Assembly (NCBI GenBank): GCA_965218305.1
Contig: OZ244617.1
Coordinates: 395,776-459,775 of the forward strand
Direction of reading: 5' to 3'
Origin: an uncultured Candidatus Binatia bacterium
Lineage (GTDB): Bacteria > Desulfobacterota > Binatia > UBA9968 > JAJDTQ01
Length of the DNA stretch: 64,000 nucleotides
Below are positions 45,503 through 55,052 of this stretch, piece after piece. The stretch's first letter is position 1. Each line of letters opens with the position of its first letter. Under the pieces are notes generated by a model. That model was not told the DNA's origin. It saw only the letters and a list, made by a program, of their open reading frames with translations, and ran no database searches. The translations under genes and the position numbers were made by a program.

Positions 45503-46333
45503 ATGAAGATCAAAAACGTTGCATTGTTGAATCCCGGCAATATGGGCGCCACCATCGGCGCCGCGGTGAACGGTGCCCGGGTGCTGTGGGTTTCGAACGG
45601 ACGGAGCGAAGGAACCCGGCAGAGGGCCCTGAAGGCCGGGCTGGTCGAAGTGGAGTCGCTGGCCGAGGCGATCCGCGAGAGCGACGCGGTTCTTTCGGTG
45701 TGCCCGCCCCACGCCGCGGAGGATGTGGCCCAAAGCGTTGCCGAACTGGGCTTTGCCGGGCTGTACGTGGATGCCAACGCCATATCACGGGCGACCGCTG
45801 AAAGGGTGGGGGAAGTGGTCGGCAAGGGTGGTGCGACTTTCGTCGACGGCGGCATCATCGGACCTCCCGTGACCAAGCCGGGAAGGACGCGCCTCTATCT
45901 CTCCGGAGCCGGAGCCGACGTGGTGGCGGAGTTGTTCTCCGGGAGCATGCTCGACGCCAGGGTGATCGCGGGCGATCCGGGAGCGGCCTCGGCCCTCAAG
46001 ATGACCTATGCCGCCTGGACCAAGGGCAGCGACGCGCTGATCCTCGCCATCCGCGCACTGGCGGCCAGGGAAGGGGTGGACGAGGCGCTGCTGGGGGAAT
46101 GGGCGCAGTCCCATCCCAACCTCGGCCCCAAGAGCGAGCGCGCGGCCTCGGTGGCCGCGCCCAAGGGTTGGCGTTACGTAGGCGAGATGGAGGAGATCGC
46201 CGCCAGCTTCGAGGCGGCTGGGCTGCCCGCGGGCTTCCACAAGGCCGCGGCCGACCTCTACCGCCGGCTGGCGCCGTTCAAGGATCGCACCGACCCCGGC
46301 CCCGAGGTCAAGGAGGTCCTCGACGCCCTCTAG
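45503..46333 (+). CDS. NAD(P)-binding oxidoreductase with DUF1932-type C-terminal domain (6PGDH-like NAD-binding fold)
   Basis: MKIKNVALLNPGNMGATIGAAV Rossmann N-terminus. 276 aa. Convergent 4-nt overlap with the UbiD gene. Confidence 0.65.
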   Translation: MKIKNVALLNPGNMGATIGAAVNGARVLWVSNGRSEGTRQRALKAGLVEVESLAEAIRESDAVLSVCPPHAAEDVAQSVAELGFAGLYVDANAISRATAERVGEVVGKGGATFVDGGIIGPPVTKPGRTRLYLSGAGADVVAELFSGSMLDARVIAGDPGAASALKMTYAAWTKGSDALILAIRALAAREGVDEALLGEWAQSHPNLGPKSERAASVAAPKGWRYVGEMEEIAASFEAAGLPAGFHKAAADLYRRLAPFKDRTDPGPEVKEVLDAL

Positions 46334-47958
46334 TGGTCGTCCTCCTCGACCTCGCTGGCTTTGACGCGCCGGGACTTGAGCTTCTCGCCGGTCTCGAAGT
46401 GGCGTCCCTCTACCGCTAGTTTGGCTTCCTCGTCCAACTCGTCGTCCCACTGACCGAGCGAGTAGCCGTACCACGGCATCTTGGGCTTCAGGGGCGGCAG
46501 CATGAGCTCTTCCCAGATCTCCCGGGCGTGCTCCATGTACTCCCGCTTGGGCAATGACACGGGCGGGAAGGGCTCCTTCTGGATCGCATTGCACAGCATT
46601 CCCGATTCGTCCGCCGGCAAGTGGTACGAAACCACGTCCGTGCCCTTGTTCTCGTCCTTGTACAGGAACGGCGGCGCGTGGCCTTTCTCCATGCCGCCGA
46701 TGATCTGTACGTCCTTGTGCGGTTTCATGCGATAGCACATGGCCCAGAACACCGCGGCCTCGTCCGACGGGTCGATGTCCTCGTCCACCGCGATGACGAT
46801 TTTCCCGACGCCGGGGTGGAACGACGACGCGGCGTGGAGCGCACGCCACACCTCGGCCTCCTTGGGGCGCTTCATCTGCACGATGACGAGCTTGTAGGTA
46901 TTGGTCAGGGGCTCGTGCATCTCCACCCGGATGACGCTGGTGATGCGGCAGTGGTCCCTCAGGTGCACCAGCATGAGCCGGTCGTAGCCGATCTTGCGGA
47001 TGACCGACGACTCGCTTGGGGTGACCTGGCTGAGCCAGGAGACGTAGATGGCGTCTTTCCGGTGCGTGATCGCCGTGACGTCCATGAACGGGTTCAACTG
47101 CCGCGGATGCATGTACCCGTGGGACTCGCCGAACGGCCCCTCGGGCTCCACGAACTCGGTGTTGAGGTGCCCTTCGATGACGATCTCGGACTCGGCCGGC
47201 ACCTGCAGGTCCACGGTCTTGCACTGGGCCATGCGGATGGGCTCGCCCACGAACCCGCCGGCGATGGCCATCTCGTCCACGCCGTAGTCGAGCTTCTGGA
47301 CGGAGACGTAGGAGACCACCGGCGGGGCGCCGATGACCAGGGCCGCGGGAAGCGGCTCACCGCGCTTCTGGGCGTTCTTCCAGTGAAGATAGATGTCCTG
47401 GCCGAGCCCGGACGGGAACACCCCGACGCGGGTGGGGGACTTGATCTGGCCGCGGTAGTTGCCGATGTTGGCGATGCCGGTCTCGGGATCCTTGGTGATC
47501 CAGTGGGAACAGGTGGTGTAGGGGCCGTTGTCCCAGCCCGGGGTCGAGATGGGGATCGGAAACGCGTCCAGGCCTTCCTTTTCCAGGGCTTCGCCGGTGA
47601 TGCTCTCTTCCTGGCACACCGGGTTGTCCACCAGCACGGGGGTGATGGGATTGGAGAGAGCGTGCTTCCATTTGTTGTCCATCTCCTCGGCGCTGTTGCA
47701 GCCCATGCCGAGAAAGTAGATGGCCTTGCTGCCGGCCAGGGCGCCCACCACCACCGGGAACTTGAAACGGCGTCCCCGGGAGTCGGTGACGTTCGGGAAG
47801 TACCACGCCTTGCGGTCCTCATCGGAAATGCCGCCCCGGTACTGCCAGCGCACCAGCGGATGCAGCTCGGTGTCCTTGTTGATGGTCTGATTGATGCGGC
47901 GTAGGTGTCCCGCCTCTTCAAGCTGCCTCAGATGCTCATGTAGGTCTGCATAACCCAT
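46330..47958 (-). CDS. UbiD-family (prFMN-dependent) reversible decarboxylase
   Basis: MGYADLHEHLRQLEEAGHLRRINQTINKDTELHPLVRW N-terminus and overall UbiD pattern (...IANIGNYRGQ..., GGFVGEPIRM...). Internal ATG at 47958. The track ORF extends to 48435 into a low-GC spacer. Confidence 0.85.
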   Translation of the reverse strand: MGYADLHEHLRQLEEAGHLRRINQTINKDTELHPLVRWQYRGGISDEDRKAWYFPNVTDSRGRRFKFPVVVGALAGSKAIYFLGMGCNSAEEMDNKWKHALSNPITPVLVDNPVCQEESITGEALEKEGLDAFPIPISTPGWDNGPYTTCSHWITKDPETGIANIGNYRGQIKSPTRVGVFPSGLGQDIYLHWKNAQKRGEPLPAALVIGAPPVVSYVSVQKLDYGVDEMAIAGGFVGEPIRMAQCKTVDLQVPAESEIVIEGHLNTEFVEPEGPFGESHGYMHPRQLNPFMDVTAITHRKDAIYVSWLSQVTPSESSVIRKIGYDRLMLVHLRDHCRITSVIRVEMHEPLTNTYKLVIVQMKRPKEAEVWRALHAASSFHPGVGKIVIAVDEDIDPSDEAAVFWAMCYRMKPHKDVQIIGGMEKGHAPPFLYKDENKGTDVVSYHLPADESGMLCNAIQKEPFPPVSLPKREYMEHAREIWEELMLPPLKPKMPWYGYSLGQWDDELDEEAKLAVEGRHFETGEKLKSRRVKASEVEEDDH

Positions 47959-48331
47959 TACCGGCCTCCTGTTTGAGTCGATTTCTCGAAAGATGTCGCG
48001 GTGAGTTCCCCTAACCCCGTGCGGCACAAGCCCGGATATCGGGGCTCCAGGCGGTTGTCGGAAAGAAACGGATGGCTCTCGTGCGAAGAGTGAAAATACC
48101 TGATGGCGTCCGGCCGTGTCAAATTGGCCGTGCCGGCGGTGTCCCGAGGGTCGGGATAGCACAACTGCAGAGTGTTCGGGCACCATTATTGCCAGCCTCA
48201 TAAGGCGGCTTGAGTGAACTTGGCGAAAACGGTAGGGTGGACGGCATAGGTCCATCACGGGACGGCAGATGCCTACGATACTGAGGCAGGGGCCGTCGAA
48301 GACCATCGAAGGGAATTTGTAGAGGCGTGGA

Positions 48332-49294
48332 ATGAGTATTTCGGCAGTTGAGACGAAAATGCCGAACGCTATCAGTGTAGAAGTGTCCGGGAAGGCGCTG
48401 AGCGTCAAGTTGAGCGATGGCAGGATGGTCGCCATTCCTGTGGACCAGTACCCCAGGCTTGCCTATGCCACCAGGCAAGAAAGGGCCAACTGGAGAATCA
48501 TCGGCAGAGGTCACGGAATTCACTGGGAAGACATAGACGAGGACATAAGTGTTGAGGGTCTGCTGGCGGGCAATCGATCCGGGGAGAGCACGACTTCCTT
48601 GATGAGGTGGCTGTTGGCGAGGCATCAACCGAAATTCCGTCCCTGGAAGGGAGAAGGCTACGGCGAGGCGAACGACTTGGGCCTGCCGGAGAATCTCTTG
48701 ATCCTCGGCGAATCCCACTATAACGACTCAACAGGTGAAGACCGAGAAGACTGGTGCGGCTATTGGGACGGACAACCCACGCAAGGTGTAGTCGCAGAAT
48801 ACTGTAGGAAACGTAACCGTCCTCTCTTTACAAAAATCTTTCACACGATTCTAGGACCGGATACAGACGCGTCTACACAGCAAAGCAGGAGCGATTTCTT
48901 CAATTCAGTTGCGTTCTGCAACTATGTTCAGGAATGTGTCGGCGACGCTCACCACAGACGCCCGGGTCAACAGATGTGGGAAGAGGCAGCGGCCCCGTTT
49001 CGCGCGACTTTGGAATGCTTGCGTCCAACTCACATCGTGGCGTGCGGAATGAGGCTCTGGCGCAACATGCCGTACAACGACGACTTCTGGACGCCGCCGT
49101 CGGAAACACTGATTGACTGGCTCGACTCTGTTGAACTTCCAACACCCCGGCGGCCGAAGAGAATTCTCGGCTGCTATCGTCATTCTCAAGGGCAGAGCGC
49201 GGTTCTGGCTATCCATCATCCGTCTTGGAAGCGCTATCAACCTTCCCGCTGGCATCCGGTCGTAGAGCGGTTTCTGGAATATTCAGCCGGGTAG
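48332..49294 (+). CDS. Hypothetical protein: N-terminal DUF2442 domain fused to an uncharacterised about 230-aa C-terminal domain; encoded on a lower-GC island
   Basis: MPNAISVEVSGKALSVKLSDGRMVAIPVDQYPRLAYATRQERANWRIIGRGHGIHWEDIDEDISVEGLL matches DUF2442. The remainder (LILGESHYNDS...CGYWDG...FCNYVQECVGDAHH...) matches nothing I recognise. The region 47960-49300 is visibly AT-richer than its flanks. Confidence 0.6.
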   Translation: MSISAVETKMPNAISVEVSGKALSVKLSDGRMVAIPVDQYPRLAYATRQERANWRIIGRGHGIHWEDIDEDISVEGLLAGNRSGESTTSLMRWLLARHQPKFRPWKGEGYGEANDLGLPENLLILGESHYNDSTGEDREDWCGYWDGQPTQGVVAEYCRKRNRPLFTKIFHTILGPDTDASTQQSRSDFFNSVAFCNYVQECVGDAHHRRPGQQMWEEAAAPFRATLECLRPTHIVACGMRLWRNMPYNDDFWTPPSETLIDWLDSVELPTPRRPKRILGCYRHSQGQSAVLAIHHPSWKRYQPSRWHPVVERFLEYSAG

Positions 49295-49330
49295 CCTCCG
49301 CTCTTCACACCCCACGCACGGAGCACACAC

Positions 49331-50623
49331 ATGCACACCGATGAAGCCACGTTGGAAAAGGTCTTCTCCCACATCGACCGGGAGGAGTTGGCCAAGCTGG
49401 CCATGGACGTCGTCGATTTCCCCACGCCCACCGGAAGCGAGGAGGAGGTGGCACGGTTCATCCATGACTGGCTGCAGAAGCAGGGCATCGAGACCTTCCT
49501 TCAGCACACCGAGCCCGGCCGCGCCAACGTGGTCGGCGTCATCCCGGGTACGGGCGGCGGTCCGACGCTGCTGTTCAACGGACACATGGACACCGCTCTG
49601 TCGGGCGGCCCGGAGGATCTGTGGATCACCGGGAGCACCCGGCCCGAATGGCAGGCGCTGGCGCGTCGGGAGGACGATGTCATCTACGGCAGCGGCATCG
49701 TCAATGACAAGGGGCCGCTCACCTGCACCCTGGCCATGGCCAAGGCCCTCAAGGAGAGCGGCGTCAGGCTCAAGGGCGACGTCATCGTCACGGGGGTGGC
49801 GGGGGAGATCGGCCGCTCGCCGGTGGACCACTACCAGGGCCCCGCCTACCGCGGCAAGGGGCACGGTGCGCGTTACCTGGTGACCCACGGCGTGGTGGGG
49901 GACTATTGCATCGTGGTGGAGCCCTCGCAGTTCCGTATCACCTGGGCCCAGTGCGGCGCCGTTTTCATCAAGATCAGCACCTACGGCGAGCCCATGTACG
50001 GGCCGTTCGTGGACCATCCGGTGTCAGCGAAGGAGAGCAAGAACGCGGTGGTGCGCATGGCCTCCATCATTCCGGCCCTGGAAGAATGGGCGCGGCGGTA
50101 CGAGCAGGAACACCGGTACGAGTTCGGCGCCGGCACGATGGTTCCCAAGGTCAACATCGGCTCCATCTTCGGCGGCGCTCCGTTCAAGCCCAACTTCTCC
50201 CCGGCCATCTGCAACCTCTACGTCGAGGCCTTCATGGCCCCGGACCAGCGGGCCATCGACGTGCTTCGGGAGGTCAAGGCGGTCCTCGCGGACACGGACA
50301 TTGAGGCCAAGTCCTCGCTGTTCCTGTCCGTCAATGGGTATGAGTCCAAGGGCGCCGAGCCCCTGGTGGCGGCCATGGAGGAAGCCCACGAGTACGTCCG
50401 GGGCCGCAAGGTGGAGCCCATCCGCAACGCCTTCACCAGTACCTACGCGGACCTGACGGTGTTCGCGGAAGTGGGCATCCCGGCAATCAAGTGCGGCCCG
50501 TCACCGGAGGCCGCCGACGCCAAGCCGGCCACCGGGGAGATGCAGAAGGTGGACGACCTTCTGGCCGCCGCGCGGATGTATGCGTTCGCCGCCCTGGAGA
50601 TCGCCAACCGGGACCGGGCGTGA
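49331..50623 (+). CDS. M20-family metallopeptidase (ArgE/DapE/acetylornithine deacetylase-like)
   Basis: HMDTA (metal ligand), GSGIVNDKGP and GEIG motifs. 430 aa. Confidence 0.8.
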   Translation: MHTDEATLEKVFSHIDREELAKLAMDVVDFPTPTGSEEEVARFIHDWLQKQGIETFLQHTEPGRANVVGVIPGTGGGPTLLFNGHMDTALSGGPEDLWITGSTRPEWQALARREDDVIYGSGIVNDKGPLTCTLAMAKALKESGVRLKGDVIVTGVAGEIGRSPVDHYQGPAYRGKGHGARYLVTHGVVGDYCIVVEPSQFRITWAQCGAVFIKISTYGEPMYGPFVDHPVSAKESKNAVVRMASIIPALEEWARRYEQEHRYEFGAGTMVPKVNIGSIFGGAPFKPNFSPAICNLYVEAFMAPDQRAIDVLREVKAVLADTDIEAKSSLFLSVNGYESKGAEPLVAAMEEAHEYVRGRKVEPIRNAFTSTYADLTVFAEVGIPAIKCGPSPEAADAKPATGEMQKVDDLLAAARMYAFAALEIANRDRA

Positions 50624-50693
50624 GCCGGCGGTGGCAACCACCGGCAGTTTGGCTTAAGAGCTTAGAGACAAGACGCTACGAAAGGAGCCTTCC

Positions 50694-51791
50694 ATGAGCA
50701 TCGATACGGGCCTTTATCGCCGTACTTTCAGGGAGACGACGGGCGGGGTAGCCACCGACGAGGTTCTCTTCTCCTCCGATTCCCACGTAATGGAGCTCGC
50801 GGACACGGTCGTGAGCCGCGTCCCGCAAGCCATGCGCGACCGGGCGCCGCGCTTTCCCGAGCTGAAGGTGGGCGAGGGGTTCCAGACCCATCCCGGCGGG
50901 TCCGATCCCAACGCCCGGCTCAAGGAGATGGCGGTGGACGGGGTCAGCGCCGAGGTGCTGTACCCGACGTACGCGCTGAGCCTGTTCTCGGAAGAGGACG
51001 CCGCGCTTCATGAGGCGTGCTGCCGGGCCTACAACGACTGGCTCATCGAATACTGCCAGGTGGACCTGGACCGGCTGGTGGGCGTGCCGATGATCGCCAC
51101 CTACAACATGGACGTGGCGTTGGCGGAGCTGGAGCGCTGCAAGAAGGCGGGCCTTCGGGGGGCATTGATCTGGCAGGTGCCGCCCAAGGAGCTGTCCTTC
51201 GCCTCAGACCACTACGAGCGCTTCTGGGCCGCGGCCCAGGAGATGGAGATGCCGGTCAGCGTCCACATCCTCACGGGCTTCGGCTACGTCAAGACCCGCT
51301 ACGACCGCAAGGGGCTGGAGCGGTACCGGGGCAGCGTCAACCTGAAGCTGGCGGAGATCATCGACAGCCTCATGGACATCATCTTCTCGGGTGTGCTGGA
51401 GCGCTTTCCGCAGCTCAAGATCGTGCTGGTGGAGAACGAGATCGGCTGGCTGCCCTACGTCCTGGAGCAGTGGGACTACTACTTCGACCGCCACCGCCCC
51501 TCGGACCCGCTGACCATCGACAAGCTGCCCACCGAGTACTTCAACCGGCAGGTGTTCGCGACCTTCTTCAACGACGCCGTGGGCGCCCGCAACCTGACCT
51601 GGTGGGGGCACGACAACTGCATGTGGTCCAATGACTTCCCCCACGCCAACTCCACCTGGCCGCACTCGCGGGAGGTGGTGGCGCGGGATCTGGGCCATCT
51701 GTCGGACGACGTGCGCGCCAAGCTCTTGCGGGACAACGTCGCCCGGCTGTACAACATGTCGGTGCCCGCAGCCATGGCCGTCGGGGTGTAA
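50694..51791 (+). CDS. Amidohydrolase_2 family (LigW/ACMSD-like)
   Basis: VLFSSDSHVMELAD ... paralogue of the other three. RBS AAAGGAG. Confidence 0.8.
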   Translation: MSIDTGLYRRTFRETTGGVATDEVLFSSDSHVMELADTVVSRVPQAMRDRAPRFPELKVGEGFQTHPGGSDPNARLKEMAVDGVSAEVLYPTYALSLFSEEDAALHEACCRAYNDWLIEYCQVDLDRLVGVPMIATYNMDVALAELERCKKAGLRGALIWQVPPKELSFASDHYERFWAAAQEMEMPVSVHILTGFGYVKTRYDRKGLERYRGSVNLKLAEIIDSLMDIIFSGVLERFPQLKIVLVENEIGWLPYVLEQWDYYFDRHRPSDPLTIDKLPTEYFNRQVFATFFNDAVGARNLTWWGHDNCMWSNDFPHANSTWPHSREVVARDLGHLSDDVRAKLLRDNVARLYNMSVPAAMAVGV

Positions 51792-51985
51792 TCCACCCCG
51801 GCCCAACCCGCAGATCCCGACTGGGGTACGACAGAGGCGACGACACCCGAATCGTCATTCCCGCGAAAGCGGGAATCCAGGAGGCGTGGGGCGGGGAAAC
51901 ACCGCGTAGCGCCCCTCCACCACCCCTTTGACACAGCCTGGAAAGCGGGAATGACGTTCTGGGGGTCGGCGGTGGCGCGTTGGCG

Positions 51986-53461
51986 TCAGAGTGTATCCTG
52001 AGCGGTTTCAGTCTTGCGTAGCGAGAGCGAGAATCCGGGCTTGCGGATGTAGACCTGCGTGTACTCCTTCTGCTTGGTGAGCTCGTTGATGAGGCGCACC
52101 AGGGGCTGGCTCGCGCTCAGGTACTCCCGCGGCCGGCCGGCGGTCTGGAGCGCCTCCACCGCCTCATCCCCCGCAAAGACCCGCAGTATCAGCTCCTCGT
52201 CGGACATGGAAGAACTGCCGAGTTGCGTCCGGACCTCCGGCAGCGACGGGTCCGGCTGCTCCCAGCCCTCCCAGTCCTTGGCGCGGGGCCGCCCGAGGAT
52301 ACGGTCCTTGACGTCGGGGTCCATGAGCTCGGCGCCTTCGCGGCCCCAGATGCCATGGGCGTACTGAATGGACTGGTCCGAGACCTGCTTGTAGCGTTCC
52401 CCGAGGATGATGTTGAAGGCTGCCTGGGTCCCCACGAACTGGGACAGCGGCGTCACCATGATGGGATAGCCCCACTCGGCCCGAACCCGAGCGGCTTCCT
52501 CAAGCGCCGCCGGGAGCTTGTCCAGCATGCCCACGAGCCCCAGTTGATGGCGGAAATTGGCGATCATGCCGCCGGGCACCTGGTGGTTGTAGACGGACTG
52601 GTCGAAGGCCGCGGGCGCGCCCACGGGCAAGCCGTCGCGCTTGGCGACGAAGGCGAAGTGTTCCTGGACCGGCTTCAACACCTCCTCGTCGACCGACGCC
52701 GAATGGCCCATGGCGCGCACGTTCTTGAGCATGTTGAAGATGGACGGCTGGGCGGAGCCGTTGGCCAGGGGCGGCACGCTGGTGTGGATGGTGGTCATGC
52801 CGAGCTTGATGGCTTCCAGGTAGTTGAGTGGCGCCAGGCCGTTGTTGCAGTGGGCGTGAAACTCCACAGGGGTGTCGCCGATGTTGTCCAGCACGATGGG
52901 CACCAGCGTGCGGGTGCGCTCGGGGGTCAACAGGCCGCCCACGTCCTTGAAGCAGATGCGGTAGGGGTTCAGGGCGGCGGCTTCCCGCGCCTTCCGGGCG
53001 TAGTACTCGTCGGTGTGCCTCGGCGACACCGAGTAGATCAGGTTGACCACGCAATTCATGCCCACCTTGCGCAGCGCCTCCACGTCCTCCTTGAACACGG
53101 AGTAGTCGTTCCAGGGGTTGGAGGTGCGGGTCAGCGTGATGCCGCTGTCGATCACGTGCTGGACCACCAGCCGCGCCACCGCCGTTGGCTTCTTCTCCAG
53201 TCCGCCCTTGATGCCGCCGTGGAGACGGAGCGGGGTGTTGCGGGCGCGCCGGGCGCCTTCCCGCAGCCAGTGCCAGGGGTTCTCCTTGTGCTCGCGCACG
53301 TACTTCTTGAACATGGTGGCGGTGAAGAACTCCATGGACTCGAAGCCCGCCTCGTCCATGCGCTCGATGGCTTCAAGCATGGCCGCGGTCTTCATGTTGA
53401 AGGCCCACAGACTCTGGTTGCCGTCACGCAGCGTGGTGTCCACGAATTTTACGTCGCTCAT
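51986..53461 (-). CDS. Carboxyltransferase-domain protein (pyruvate carboxylase subunit B / oxaloacetate decarboxylase alpha / transcarboxylase 5S type) without a biotinyl domain; paralogue 1 of 3
   Basis: MSDVKFVDTTLRDGNQSLWA, CFKDVGGLL (carbamyl-Lys motif), FHAHCNNG (HxH metal site). 491 aa. The C-terminus has no AMKM biotin motif. Confidence 0.8.
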   Translation of the reverse strand: MSDVKFVDTTLRDGNQSLWAFNMKTAAMLEAIERMDEAGFESMEFFTATMFKKYVREHKENPWHWLREGARRARNTPLRLHGGIKGGLEKKPTAVARLVVQHVIDSGITLTRTSNPWNDYSVFKEDVEALRKVGMNCVVNLIYSVSPRHTDEYYARKAREAAALNPYRICFKDVGGLLTPERTRTLVPIVLDNIGDTPVEFHAHCNNGLAPLNYLEAIKLGMTTIHTSVPPLANGSAQPSIFNMLKNVRAMGHSASVDEEVLKPVQEHFAFVAKRDGLPVGAPAAFDQSVYNHQVPGGMIANFRHQLGLVGMLDKLPAALEEAARVRAEWGYPIMVTPLSQFVGTQAAFNIILGERYKQVSDQSIQYAHGIWGREGAELMDPDVKDRILGRPRAKDWEGWEQPDPSLPEVRTQLGSSSMSDEELILRVFAGDEAVEALQTAGRPREYLSASQPLVRLINELTKQKEYTQVYIRKPGFSLSLRKTETAQDTL

Positions 53462-53513
53462 GGGTGTTCCTCAGCGGCCGGTATCCTGCCGATGGCCAGC
53501 GATGTCCTGGAGC

Positions 53514-53550
53514 CGCGGGCGGGTTTGAAATCCGGCCCTACAGGTCCGCG
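53514..53550. repeat. Degenerate REP-like family 3 copy in the gap between carboxyltransferase paralogues 1 and 2
   Basis: gcGGGCGGGTTTGAAATCCGGCCCtacagg. Confidence 0.5.
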
Positions 53551-55043
53551 GCCCGGTTGGCCCCGTTTCCGCCGGCTTCGTCTCCGTTGGCGTTCCGCCC
53601 CAGGGTAAGGGAGAACCCCGGCTTGCGGATGTAGACCTGGGTGTATTCCTGCTGCCGGGTAAGCTCGTTGATGAGCCGCACGAGCGGTTGGCTTGCGCTC
53701 AGGTACTCCCGCGGCCGGCCCGCGTTCTGCAGCGCCTCCACCGCCTCGTCCCCCGCGTAGACCCGCATCACCAGTTCCTCGTCCGACAGGGAGGACCCGC
53801 CGAGTTGCGCCCGGACCTCCTTCAGCGAGGGGTCCGGCTGCTCCCAGCCCTCCCAGGCCCGGGCGCGCGGCCGCCCCAGGATACGATCCTTCACATCGGG
53901 GTCCATGTACTCGGCGCCTTGCCGGCCCCAGATGCCCAGGGCGTACTGGATGGACTGGTCCGAGACCTGCTTGTAGCGTTCGCCGAGGATGATGTTGAAG
54001 GCGGCTTGGGTCCCCACGAACTGGGACAGGGGCGTGACCATGATGGGGTAGCCCCACTCGGCGCGCACCCGGGCGGCTTCCTCCAGCATCGCCGGCAGCT
54101 TGTCCTCCATACCCACGAGGCGGAGCTGGTGCACGAAGTTGGAGATCATGCCGCCGGGCACTTGGTGGTTGTAGACGGACTGGTCGTAGGCCCTGGGCGC
54201 GCCCACCGGCAGCCCGTCCCGTTTGGCGACGAACGTGAAATGCTCCCGCACCGGTTTCAACGGCTCCTCGTCCACCGACACCGTGTGGCCCATGGCGCGC
54301 ACGTTCTTGAGCATGTTGAAAACCGAGGGCTGGGCCGAGCCGTTGGCCAGCGGCGGTATGCTCGTGTGAATGGTGGTCATGCCGAGCTTGATGGCTTCGA
54401 GGTAGTTGAGCGGCGCCAGGCCGTTGTTGCAGTGGGCGTGGAACTCCACCGGGGTGTCGCCGATGTTCTCGAGCACGATGGGCACCAGCGTGCGGGTGCG
54501 CTCTGGAGTGAGCAGGCCGCCCACGTCCTTGAAGCAGATGCGGTAGGGCTTCAGCGCGGCGGCTTCGCGCGCCTTCTGCGCGTAGTACTCGTCGGTGTGC
54601 ATCGGGGACACCGAGTAGATCAGGTTCACCACGGTGTCCATGCCGAGCTCGCTCAGCTCGTCCACATCCTGCTTGAACACGGCATAGTCGTTCCAGGGGT
54701 TGGAGTTTCGGGTGAGCCGGATACCGCTGTCCACGATGTGCCGGATCACGAGCTTGGCCACCGACGTGGGCTTCTTCTCAAGCCCGCCCCGGATGCTCCC
54801 GTGGAGCCTGAGCGGGGTATTCCGCGCGCGCCGGGCTCCCTCCCGCAGCCAGTGCCACGGGTTCTCCTTGTGTTCGCGCACGTACTTCTTGATCATGGTG
54901 GCGCTGAAGAACTCCATGGACTCGAAGCCCGCCTGGTCCATGTGTTCGATAGCCTCGATCATGGCCGCGGTCCTCATGTTGTAGGCCCACAGGCTCTGGT
55001 TGCCGTCGCGCAGCGTGGTGTCCACGAATGTGACGTCGCTCAT
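53538..55043 (-). CDS. Carboxyltransferase-domain protein, paralogue 2 of 3
   Basis: MSDVTFVDTTLRDGNQSLWA... 501 aa. Long stretches of near-identical DNA with the flanking paralogues. Confidence 0.8.
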   Translation of the reverse strand: MSDVTFVDTTLRDGNQSLWAYNMRTAAMIEAIEHMDQAGFESMEFFSATMIKKYVREHKENPWHWLREGARRARNTPLRLHGSIRGGLEKKPTSVAKLVIRHIVDSGIRLTRNSNPWNDYAVFKQDVDELSELGMDTVVNLIYSVSPMHTDEYYAQKAREAAALKPYRICFKDVGGLLTPERTRTLVPIVLENIGDTPVEFHAHCNNGLAPLNYLEAIKLGMTTIHTSIPPLANGSAQPSVFNMLKNVRAMGHTVSVDEEPLKPVREHFTFVAKRDGLPVGAPRAYDQSVYNHQVPGGMISNFVHQLRLVGMEDKLPAMLEEAARVRAEWGYPIMVTPLSQFVGTQAAFNIILGERYKQVSDQSIQYALGIWGRQGAEYMDPDVKDRILGRPRARAWEGWEQPDPSLKEVRAQLGGSSLSDEELVMRVYAGDEAVEALQNAGRPREYLSASQPLVRLINELTRQQEYTQVYIRKPGFSLTLGRNANGDEAGGNGANRAADL

Positions 55044-55052
55044 GGGTGCTCC

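Noticed and set aside
46330-47958. UbiX flavin prenyltransferase partner expected near UbiD
   Set aside because: No 180-210-aa flavoprotein-like ORF exists within the window. Reported as an absence, not a feature.
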